Shown here: piece by piece, positions 54,076-61,766 of the stretch
Position numbering within the stretch: the stretch's first letter is position 1
How the letters are laid out: every line of letters begins with the position of its first letter
Source of the DNA: a virus
DNA: 64,000 nt
Virus record (IMG/VR): IMGVR_UViG_3300010352_001565
Location: 115,055-179,054 of that record
Reading direction: 5' to 3' (one strand)
Program-made: the position numbers and the translations under genes
The notes under the pieces: model-generated
What the model was told of the DNA's origin: nothing
What the model saw: the letters and a program-made list of their open reading frames with translations, nothing else
Databases searched by the model: none

Positions 54076-54891
54076 ATGTCAAAACAATTCTTCGCGCTAA
54101 ACGACGGGTCAAACCCTCTTGCTTGTAACCTAACAGAGTTGAACGCCGCTGAGTCGGTCGATAATGGCTTCATGAGCCACAACGACTGGATCGCCCACGT
54201 TAACCGTTATGCTTACACCGGCAAGGTCATCCAGAAATCAAAACCTGGCACGATCCTTGACGTGGGATGCGGAAAGCTCCAGCTTCCGTACTACCTGTGG
54301 CGCAACCGCCTACATCTGGAAGAAAACGGGTCCTACTGGGGTATCGAACTCCGCGCCAAGCAGGCGTGGCTTGAACCGATCAACTGGAAGACCAGCATGA
54401 ATCTCATCAAGGCTGACATCATTCTTGACGAGATCAACGAAGACAACATTGAATTCTGGCCTGGCCAGTTCGACCTTGTCACCTGCTTCGAGACGTGGGA
54501 GCACGTTCCGCGCGACAAAGCCATCATTCTGGCCGAGCGCTTGTTCAACTGGACGAAGCCAGGAGGAATCCTGTTGTTCAGCTCTCCGAATGCCGGAGTG
54601 TCCGATTCAACGGCTGACAACCACACGGACGCAGAAGGCGAAAGCCGCGAGTGGGAGATGGAGTCGAAGATTGAAGTTCTCGAAGACGCTGGATTCAGCC
54701 TGCACGAGAACTTTGGAACGTTTTGCGGCATCACTCGCCTTCCTGAGGAGTTCCAGGAGCGCCTGCGCACCGACGCCTTGCTGATCCAGGCGAAGAAGTT
54801 CCTGAACCACGCAAACTTCACGGCGCTTGTGGCCGCGGCATACCCGCAGTTCAGTAACAACAGCCTGATGCACTTTGTGCGCAGAGCGTAA
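54076..54891 (+). CDS. class I SAM-dependent methyltransferase
   Basis: Motif I ILDVGCGKLQ, downstream DLVTCFETWEHV (motif II/III), Rossmann-MTase length. Confidence 0.6.
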   Translation: MSKQFFALNDGSNPLACNLTELNAAESVDNGFMSHNDWIAHVNRYAYTGKVIQKSKPGTILDVGCGKLQLPYYLWRNRLHLEENGSYWGIELRAKQAWLEPINWKTSMNLIKADIILDEINEDNIEFWPGQFDLVTCFETWEHVPRDKAIILAERLFNWTKPGGILLFSSPNAGVSDSTADNHTDAEGESREWEMESKIEVLEDAGFSLHENFGTFCGITRLPEEFQERLRTDALLIQAKKFLNHANFTALVAAAYPQFSNNSLMHFVRRA

Positions 54892-55091
54892 TGTTTAAAG
54901 TTCAGTTCATAGACTCAGTCCCACGGTGGGCGAACGACGCCCGGTATTTTGCGCGAGGTCCTAGCGGTCCTTATAGCCAGCGCGAGATTCACCGGGTGTT
55001 TCGCCGCCGTGGGTTTTTTCCGATTGGTAGAGAAGTGTTCGACAGCGAGTCGAGCACAAAAAGGTTGGTAGCAAAGCTAGTCCCAGCGTAA
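54891..55091 (+). CDS. hypothetical small protein
   Basis: 66-aa ORF. Confidence 0.25.
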   Translation: MFKVQFIDSVPRWANDARYFARGPSGPYSQREIHRVFRRRGFFPIGREVFDSESSTKRLVAKLVPA

Positions 55092-55093
55092 TC

Positions 55094-56107
55094 GTGAAAG
55101 CAAAGTTGTTTTTGGTAGATGGAGCAGACGGAACCGGAAAATCTACCCTTGCAGAGGAGATCCGGAGACAGACAGATGGAGTCATCCTTCACCAGAGTTA
55201 CCGCTGGCGCGACATGATGTTTGTCTACCACACAGCCGCCCTCCACTTCGCCGAAAAGTTCATCGCTAAAGGAAAGACGGTCATCCTCGACCGCCACTGG
55301 CCGTCAGAGATGGTATATGGTAAAGTGTTCAGGAACGGATCCCGTTGGCCTCTTGAAGGACGCATGATGGACCGAGTCATACTCAAGATGGCAGGAACGT
55401 ATATCTTCACCCTTGGAGATCCAGAGGCCATCGCCAAGCGCCATGCCCAGCTTCAGTGCGTCCGAAGGGAAGAGTATTCGCACTCGATTTCTCAAGTAGC
55501 CACAGAATACAACAACCTATTTTATGGGTTTCCGCACAAAGTTGCCAAAGACCACGCCGAATTTATTGCAAGCACCGGAGGCTTCATACACAGGAAAGAT
55601 GCGTTCGCTTATCGTATGGAGATCGAAGGACAGGATGTCTGCGGTTTTGTTGAAGCTCTGATAAACAAGGCTGGAAAATACACCGCAGTGCAGTATCAGC
55701 CAGCTCTTCAGTCCCGATTTCGAAATGTGCTAGGCCACATCGAGTCTGCTCGCTTTCTAATCGTCGGTGACGAGGCAAACCCGAAGATGAACCACATCTT
55801 TTGGCCGTTTCATGACTACGGTCACTCTAGCTTGTTTTTGGCCCGCACCTTGCACAACATCAACTTCCGCGAAGAAGATGCGATGTGGACCAACGTGAAT
55901 CACTCTGACCATGCTGACGCGCACATTCGCGCAATACTAGAGATGAAACCACTCCGCGTGGTAGCTCTCGGCAAGAATGCTGAAGCTGGATTGAAGAAGA
56001 TTGGGGTCAACGACTTTGTGACTGTCAGGCACCCGCAAGCGGCAATGCGATTTTCGTCGCTTTCGGATGTGTCTTACAAGGACGAATTGAGCCGAGCATT
56101 GTTCTAA
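55094..56107 (+). CDS. fusion of P-loop (d)NMP-kinase-like domain and UDG-superfamily-fold domain (5-hmdU DNA kinase / aGPT-Pplase-like candidate)
   Basis: GTG start; N-terminal LVDGADGTGKST (Tmk-like P-loop) and ILDRHW lid region; C-terminal VGDEANPK..WPF.D.G..SLFLARTL (cf. UDG family-4 motif A GEAPG..E...G.PF.G..G.LL) and RHPQAAMR (cf. motif B HPSPL). Confidence 0.55.
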   Translation: MKAKLFLVDGADGTGKSTLAEEIRRQTDGVILHQSYRWRDMMFVYHTAALHFAEKFIAKGKTVILDRHWPSEMVYGKVFRNGSRWPLEGRMMDRVILKMAGTYIFTLGDPEAIAKRHAQLQCVRREEYSHSISQVATEYNNLFYGFPHKVAKDHAEFIASTGGFIHRKDAFAYRMEIEGQDVCGFVEALINKAGKYTAVQYQPALQSRFRNVLGHIESARFLIVGDEANPKMNHIFWPFHDYGHSSLFLARTLHNINFREEDAMWTNVNHSDHADAHIRAILEMKPLRVVALGKNAEAGLKKIGVNDFVTVRHPQAAMRFSSLSDVSYKDELSRALF

Positions 56108-56112
56108 TAGGA

Positions 56113-56928
56113 GTGCAAAAATTTAGAACCCCGAGCGAGGCTTATTTGGCTGTCCTCGCCGACGTTGTAGACAACCCAGAATACCGCGTTTCTCCACGCG
56201 GGCAGCCGATAGCCGAGAAGACAGACTACTCGTTTGAGGTAGCTCTCCCAGATGCAAGCCCGATCGTCACCCGTTCAGAGTCCCGCAACAAAACCATTGC
56301 CGACTACACCCACAAGGAGTTTGAGGTTTACGAGAGCGGATCTCGCAGAGTTGAGGATTTCGCGAAGATCAGCAGCTTCTGGAAATCACTCGCAAATCCA
56401 GATGGAACGATCAACTCGTCTTACGGACACTTGATCTTCAAAAACCAGTCGTGCGGAAATCCAACGTACGAAGTTCAGCGCAAGTTTCTGAACGAGCACG
56501 ACGGCAATGGCGGATCGGAAGGAGTGAACCTCAGCGAGCTTGAGCGAACACCATGGGAGTGGGCTTCCGAGTCTCTCATCCAGGACAAAGATACCCGCCA
56601 AGCCATCATGCACTTTAACCTTCCTGAACACTGTTGGGTCGGCAACCGTGACGTCACATGCACGATGCATGGAATCTTCCAGATACGCCAGGACAAACTC
56701 AACCTCTCAGTGGTCATGCGGTCAAATGACGTCGTTCTTGGTCTCGTATTCGATCTACCATGGTTCATGCACCTGATCGACAGGATGGTCGCAGCGCTGA
56801 AGCCAACGTATCCTGCCCTCACAAAAGGCCACTACCGCCACATGGCGCACTCAATGCACGTCTACGGACGCGACATGGAAAAGGTGAATATGATGCTCGG
56901 CAGGGGTATGCTCAGCGGCGCTCAGTAA
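56113..56928 (+). CDS. divergent thymidylate-synthase-family paralog (pyrimidine hydroxymethylase candidate)
   Basis: GTG start; DVTCTMHGIFQ aligns to ThyA PCHAFFQ (Cys retained); VVMRSNDVVLGLVFDLPWFMHL aligns to [23 protein letters not shown]; far more divergent than thyA at 52768. Confidence 0.55.
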   Translation: MQKFRTPSEAYLAVLADVVDNPEYRVSPRGQPIAEKTDYSFEVALPDASPIVTRSESRNKTIADYTHKEFEVYESGSRRVEDFAKISSFWKSLANPDGTINSSYGHLIFKNQSCGNPTYEVQRKFLNEHDGNGGSEGVNLSELERTPWEWASESLIQDKDTRQAIMHFNLPEHCWVGNRDVTCTMHGIFQIRQDKLNLSVVMRSNDVVLGLVFDLPWFMHLIDRMVAALKPTYPALTKGHYRHMAHSMHVYGRDMEKVNMMLGRGMLSGAQ

Positions 56929-56946
56929 AATAGTTGCAAATAAATG

Positions 56947-56974
56947 TTTACAATTTTCCGTATCGTGATATAGT
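56947..56974 (+). promoter_or_regulatory. sigma70-like promoter P10 (TTTACA-N16-TGaTATAGT), ATG 6 nt downstream
   Basis: taaaatagttgcaaataaatgTTTACAattttccgtatcgTGaTATAGTtctgatATG. Confidence 0.6.
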
Positions 56975-56980
56975 TCTGAT

Positions 56981-57961
56981 ATGAACGCTGTACTACCAGT
57001 CACGGTCGGTTTTGAGCTTGAGTTTGGCTCGCCGAACCAGCAGATACTTTCTGTGATTGCCGACGCCATGGCGAGGAACAACTACCCCGTCACCAACTTC
57101 GGCCGCTGGCGCCACACTCCTGCCAACCCATCAACGTGGGATCTCAAAACCGATTCGAGCTGCGGATACCGCGAAGGCGTGGGCGGGTTTGAAGTTGTGA
57201 GCCCCGTGATTCGCACGTACGACGAGCTCGTGCACGCCGTCAAGGTTGCCAACATCGTCACCCGTTGTGGCGGAAGTGCGAATCGCCGCTGCGGTCTGCA
57301 CGTCCACATCGGGTTTCGCCAGTTCAACACTCCCGAAATTCGGGAGCGCCTGTTTCGATTTCTGTCTCGCTACGAGGAGGCATTCTACATGCTCGTTCCA
57401 GAAACCCGCCGCAACAACCCCTACTGCAAACCGATGAACGTGCGAATCATCGAGTCGGTTAAAGCGAAGCATGGGCGCGTTGACGTGGGAATGGCATGGC
57501 AAGACAAGAACACCTGGATCAACTTCGCGACTCTGAACCGCATCGGCACCGTAGAGTTTCGCTTCATGGAAGGAACTCTCGACCCAAATCTCATCCTCAA
57601 CTATGTGATGTTCCTCGTCCATGTTATGGACACGATTATCGCTGGGAAGCGGGTGTCCTGGGGTCGCGCCAGCGCCAAGAGCAACCGCATGCTGTTTTTC
57701 ACCATGCTGCAGCAGCTCAATCTCTACGGAAAGAAATCCAAGTCGCAAGACGAAGACCGCGCCAAGACAGTTCGAAAATGGACGGTCAAGAGGTTTGCCG
57801 CGTTCAACCCAAATCCAAATCAGCCTCGGCAAGAGCTGACGGGTCGCGCAGAAGACCGTCCTGCTTTGACTGAAGCAGACATTGCGAACCGCGCACAGGC
57901 TGAGGCCGTCCCAACACCAGCGCCCGCCAACCCGGGTCAACCTAATGGAGGTGTGCAATGA
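56981..57961 (+). CDS. GS-fold amidoligase, paralog C
   Basis: TVGFELEF, GLHVHIGFR, VEFRFMEGTLD. Confidence 0.6.
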   Translation: MNAVLPVTVGFELEFGSPNQQILSVIADAMARNNYPVTNFGRWRHTPANPSTWDLKTDSSCGYREGVGGFEVVSPVIRTYDELVHAVKVANIVTRCGGSANRRCGLHVHIGFRQFNTPEIRERLFRFLSRYEEAFYMLVPETRRNNPYCKPMNVRIIESVKAKHGRVDVGMAWQDKNTWINFATLNRIGTVEFRFMEGTLDPNLILNYVMFLVHVMDTIIAGKRVSWGRASAKSNRMLFFTMLQQLNLYGKKSKSQDEDRAKTVRKWTVKRFAAFNPNPNQPRQELTGRAEDRPALTEADIANRAQAEAVPTPAPANPGQPNGGVQ

Positions 57962-58305
57962 TGTCAAACCCAATGGGCTCTCCCGGAGAGGAGAGCAGCG
58001 AAGAGAAGTTTCGCAGGCACGAAGAGATCAAGAAGACGGTGTTCACCATCAGCGCCACTGATGGCCCATGCATGGCATGCATGAGCGCGAGAAACCGCAT
58101 CGGAGCTAAGCCAGGTGACATACTTCGAATCGAGCACGACCGCTCTGTGATCCACCGCAGGGTGTTTAAAATTCCGCAGATGGCGGTGCCAATGGCAAAC
58201 AAGAATATGATCTGGCTTAACGTGTCAGACATGGGGCTGCTTGAAGCTGAAAACGGCTCACAAGCACTCGTGACCGTCTCTGAAGAAACTGACGAATTCC
58301 CATGA
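57958..58305 (+). CDS. hypothetical acidic protein
   Basis: 115-aa ORF, ATGATG overlap. Confidence 0.4.
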   Translation: MMSNPMGSPGEESSEEKFRRHEEIKKTVFTISATDGPCMACMSARNRIGAKPGDILRIEHDRSVIHRRVFKIPQMAVPMANKNMIWLNVSDMGLLEAENGSQALVTVSEETDEFP

Positions 58306-58496
58306 ACTCGATTATTAAAGCATCTTTAAGGCTGACTGATTGCGAAGGCTGGAGAATCGGCGACCGCTTTCTTTACGACGGAGTGCGGTACACATTCACC
58401 GGCAAGGATCAAGTCGGAGGACTGCACGCGAGCCGTGACGACGCGCCAAAGCAGGATGTTTTCGAGTCGTCTGGCGCGTGGGAGGGAGTTGGATGA
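58302..58496 (+). CDS. hypothetical small protein
   Basis: 64-aa ORF, ATGA overlap. Confidence 0.3.
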   Translation: MNSIIKASLRLTDCEGWRIGDRFLYDGVRYTFTGKDQVGGLHASRDDAPKQDVFESSGAWEGVG

Positions 58497-58721
58497 CCGA
58501 CAGCGAGAAAATCATTGACTGGTATCTCAGAATAAGGAGGGTAGTCTTCTCGCTGCAGATCTCAAAAACTCTGTGGTGGATTAAGAGCGAGCATGGCTAC
58601 CGCCATTACATTCCGCTTGGAACGACGTACTGCCGCATCGACCGCGAGAAAGGCTATGGACACCAGTTCGCGCTTATCGCCGGTCCGCTGCGGCTTGGAA
58701 TCCTTCGCGTTAAAAAATATG

Positions 58722-58883
58722 AACCAAATCATAGTTTATCACAGTCAATCTGACGCAAACAGCGACTGGTACTGGAATCAGATATTCTGGCCGTGGGTGT
58801 ACAACCACTGGTTTGCATGTTTCGTTGCCGGGTTTGTCATCGGTTTCACCATCATGCTCATTCGAAGGATTGTTCGAAAATAG
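58722..58883 (+). CDS. small membrane protein
   Basis: Internal ATG of ORF 58593; WFACFVAGFVIGFTIMLI TM helix; its stop TAG lies in the upstream element of P11. Confidence 0.3.
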   Translation, partial: NQIIVYHSQSDANSDWYWNQIFWPWVYNHWFACFVAGFVIGFTIMLIRRIVRK

Positions 58884-58896
58884 TTGCAAATAAATG

Positions 58897-58924
58897 TTTA
58901 CAAATTTCCGTAGCGTGATATAGT
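58897..58924 (+). promoter_or_regulatory. sigma70-like promoter P11 (TTTACA-N16-TGaTATAGT), ATG 6 nt downstream
   Basis: cgaaaatagttgcaaataaatgTTTACAaatttccgtagcgTGaTATAGTcctcccATG. Confidence 0.6.
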
Positions 58925-58930
58925 CCTCCC

Positions 58931-59518
58931 ATGAACGACAAACTTTTGGTGATACCCGGCGTCCAAATGCCGTTTTTCCCGATGCGCCCGACAACGGGTT
59001 CGATGATCAGGGGAATCGAGCAGATTGACACCATAATGGAAATGATCTCCTCCCACACCTGGGAGGTTCAACCCAAGCTTAACGGTGACCGCGTGACGGT
59101 GGCTGTGATTGACGGCAAAGCTTACGCCCAAAACCGCCACGGAAAGTGGTACAGCTACACCATCGAAAATCTCAAGTCTTACCTGGCGCTTCCAAACCGC
59201 ACACTGCTTGACGGAGAAGTCTACGAGAAGATGTTTTATCCGTTTGAAGCTCTTGCTATCGGCGGCGAATCCCTGATGCGCGAGTGCCCGTCAGTCCGAA
59301 TCGGGACTGCCAAAGCGTTCTCTCACGTCATTGGCGTCGAGTGGAAATTTGAAACCCCTACTCGCGAGTGGCTGATCAAAAATTTTCAGGAGCAGACCAA
59401 GCTGCGTGTTCCCGTGTGGGAAGGAATCGTTCGCAAGAAAGTCGGCACGCCGTACGCGATTCTCGGATCTGATAGCCAAGAGAGCACTAACGTCTTCAAA
59501 AACAAATGGATCAAGTAA
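58931..59518 (+). CDS. minimal ATP-dependent ligase-like nucleotidyltransferase domain protein
   Basis: KLNGDR (motif I-like KxDGxR variant), LLDGEVY (motif III), WEGIVRKK (motif IV EGxVxK); only ~195 aa. Confidence 0.5.
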   Translation: MNDKLLVIPGVQMPFFPMRPTTGSMIRGIEQIDTIMEMISSHTWEVQPKLNGDRVTVAVIDGKAYAQNRHGKWYSYTIENLKSYLALPNRTLLDGEVYEKMFYPFEALAIGGESLMRECPSVRIGTAKAFSHVIGVEWKFETPTREWLIKNFQEQTKLRVPVWEGIVRKKVGTPYAILGSDSQESTNVFKNKWIK

Positions 59519-59519
59519 T

Positions 59520-60134
59520 ATGATTGCATTCCAAATTCAAGCTGTGACAACAGGGTGCCAACCGTGGGTGTTTAACGGGGTGCACCGTGTAGAAAGCCAC
59601 AAGCAGCTCAAGCAGGAGCTCGGTCGGTTGATGACCCAGATGAACGCTGGGACGACCATCTCGCTCGCCATCAACGCAGATTTCACGCGGCATCAGGTGT
59701 GCAATTACATCGCGCTATGCCGCAAAAGCTGGGACAACCTGCAGTTCATGGCAGGTCACGAAGGCTCTGCACCGGCAAATCCGTGGAGGTCGATGCGCAA
59801 CAACGAAGCGCTCGATCTTTCAGAATTAAGCACCCGCAGCGTCACCATTACTCCGACAAATGGCGTCATCATCTACCTGCTCTGCGGGGTGACAACCGTC
59901 GAGGTTATTTGCGCCTTCGCTTATCGAATGCTGAACATGGCAGAGTGGTGCATCAAATACGGAAGTGAAATCAAGCTGACGTCGGATACCGTTCTTAAGC
60001 GCGAGACATTTGACGCGATAACTCGCGATGTGAAGCCAGCGCTCACCCCGCAAGCCAGGGCAGAGTCCAGAGTGGAGCCCGTAGAGCCCGAGGATGAAGA
60101 CGAGAGCGAAGGCGAGGACCCAGAAGAGAATTAG
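59520..60134 (+). CDS. hypothetical protein with acidic C-terminal tail
   Basis: First ATG beyond gene 58931 within ORF 59406..60134; C-terminal EPEDEDESEGEDPEEN. Confidence 0.45.
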   Translation: MIAFQIQAVTTGCQPWVFNGVHRVESHKQLKQELGRLMTQMNAGTTISLAINADFTRHQVCNYIALCRKSWDNLQFMAGHEGSAPANPWRSMRNNEALDLSELSTRSVTITPTNGVIIYLLCGVTTVEVICAFAYRMLNMAEWCIKYGSEIKLTSDTVLKRETFDAITRDVKPALTPQARAESRVEPVEPEDEDESEGEDPEEN

Positions 60135-60162
60135 TCAGCCAACCCAATAAACCCAGAGATCA

Positions 60163-60190
60163 GCCGGCGATTAACTTCGCCGGCTTTTTT
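60163..60190 (+). terminator. rho-independent terminator
   Basis: gccggcga-ttaact-tcgccggc (8-bp perfect stem) then TTTTTTATT. Confidence 0.65.
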
Positions 60191-60202
60191 ATTCTGCAAT
60201 AG

Positions 60203-61750
60203 ATGATCGATTTAAAGCGCGTAACATACTTCCTTGCAGACGGCCGTCCAGTAACTGACAGCTTCATTCGAAATGTCACAAAGCTCGTTGACACCGCGAG
60301 AAAGCACTTCAACTTCAGCGCTGTTAAAATCGGGTGTCCAACCGATCCAAAAATACCAGGAGCCGAATGGGTCGAAACTCCGGTGATGCTCAATCTTGAT
60401 GCGTACAGCAGATTTTGCTTGTATGAGATGGCCGACCATGTAGACTCAGAGTTTGTGCTGGTCTTTCAGGAGGATGGTTTCATCGTCAACCCTGACACCT
60501 GGGACGACAGCTTCTTGAACTACGACTATATCGGATCTCCGTGGCCGCAGCTCGGCATGAGAGTCGGAAACGGAGGATTCAGCCTTAGGAGCAAGCGCCT
60601 GCTCCAGGAGGTCAAGAAGCTCGGAGAGTTTGTTGGAAACGAGGACTGGATCATGTGCTTCCAGCTCAAAGATCAGCTCGAGAAAGCTGGGATGAAATGG
60701 GCTCCTCTAGAGGTAGCCCGTAAGTTCTCAATCGAGTATCCCGTTGATGACAGCCACCTTGTGTCGACCAGCTTTGGTCAGCACTCGCGCAGGCCTTCTA
60801 ACGTTCTGGGCGAGATCAGGCACCAGAACATTAGCGCCGAAGTTCGCGAGGTGCTAAACGACATCGTGGAGCTTGGGTACGCGGTATTTGACAGCGACGG
60901 CGCGTATCGGTACATTGCGCCAAAGGTAAATCTGTGGTCTGGCCGCTGGAGACAGATGTCGCAGTTTTTGCAGGGGCTCAACGGCGCTGGAAAGCTTTCT
61001 GGAGAGTTCTTTGTCTGCTTGTTCGACGGCTGGAGAGAGTACGCGCATCCGAGTGACGAGAAAGTCTTCGTGCCGTGGAGTTCAGTCGACAAGAGCTTGT
61101 TCCTTGGAAAAGGAACGTGTGAAGAGCCGCGGTTTGTGCATGCCTGCCAAGACACGAACATTTTTCCAATCATGCCACATCCGGTCATCGCGTTCAACCG
61201 CCACACCGACGACGCCAACACCCTAGTCATTCCTGACCCCGACTTTATAGACACTGGGTTCAAGGAATTCGCGAAGGAGGTTGCTGACAACGACATTCCA
61301 TGGGAGCGAAAAGTAGACCTGGCCATCTGGCGCGGAAGAAGGCACGTTTCAGACTACAAGGTTGATCCAGTTTTGCATGCGCGAGACAGAATCACGCGCC
61401 TAGACGATTCCCTCCTGAGCGCATCGTACTCGTACGACACACCTATTAGCGAGCAGCTCAAGTACAAGTTCATCGTTGACGTTGAAGGAACGACCTCGTC
61501 GTGGAGTGGGCTTTATTGGAAGCTCCTGTCCAACTCGCTGGTCATCAGGATCAAGTCACACTGGGAAAACTGGTATTCCTCTAGCCTAATCAACGGCGAA
61601 AATTGCGTGGTAACAACAATTGAGGACCTTCCAAAGTGCATCCGCTGGTGCGTAGACCACCCGGTCGCTTGCGAGCGCATGGCTGCCAACGGCACCAAGC
61701 TGGCCCGCAAGCTCAATTACCAGCACGCCATCGAGCGCTTCCCGCGCTGA
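60203..61750 (+). CDS. two-domain glycosyltransferase: DUF5672-like N-terminal domain + GT90 (CAP10-type) C-terminal domain
   Basis: N-terminal DGFIVNPDTWDDSFLNYDYIGSPWP..GNGGFSLRSK (DUF5672-like); C-terminal DLAIWRGRR .. KYKFIVDVEGTTSSWSGLYWKLLSNSLVIRI (GT90 signature KY..IDiDG...S.RL..LL.S.SVVL). Confidence 0.6.
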   Translation: MIDLKRVTYFLADGRPVTDSFIRNVTKLVDTARKHFNFSAVKIGCPTDPKIPGAEWVETPVMLNLDAYSRFCLYEMADHVDSEFVLVFQEDGFIVNPDTWDDSFLNYDYIGSPWPQLGMRVGNGGFSLRSKRLLQEVKKLGEFVGNEDWIMCFQLKDQLEKAGMKWAPLEVARKFSIEYPVDDSHLVSTSFGQHSRRPSNVLGEIRHQNISAEVREVLNDIVELGYAVFDSDGAYRYIAPKVNLWSGRWRQMSQFLQGLNGAGKLSGEFFVCLFDGWREYAHPSDEKVFVPWSSVDKSLFLGKGTCEEPRFVHACQDTNIFPIMPHPVIAFNRHTDDANTLVIPDPDFIDTGFKEFAKEVADNDIPWERKVDLAIWRGRRHVSDYKVDPVLHARDRITRLDDSLLSASYSYDTPISEQLKYKFIVDVEGTTSSWSGLYWKLLSNSLVIRIKSHWENWYSSSLINGENCVVTTIEDLPKCIRWCVDHPVACERMAANGTKLARKLNYQHAIERFPR

Positions 61751-61766
61751 TACTTAGTCTAGACTT

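Noticed and set aside
57131-57973. 280-aa minus-strand ORF antisense to amidoligase C
   Set aside because: It is antisense to a gene with clear family motifs and its own promoter, so it is a shadow ORF.
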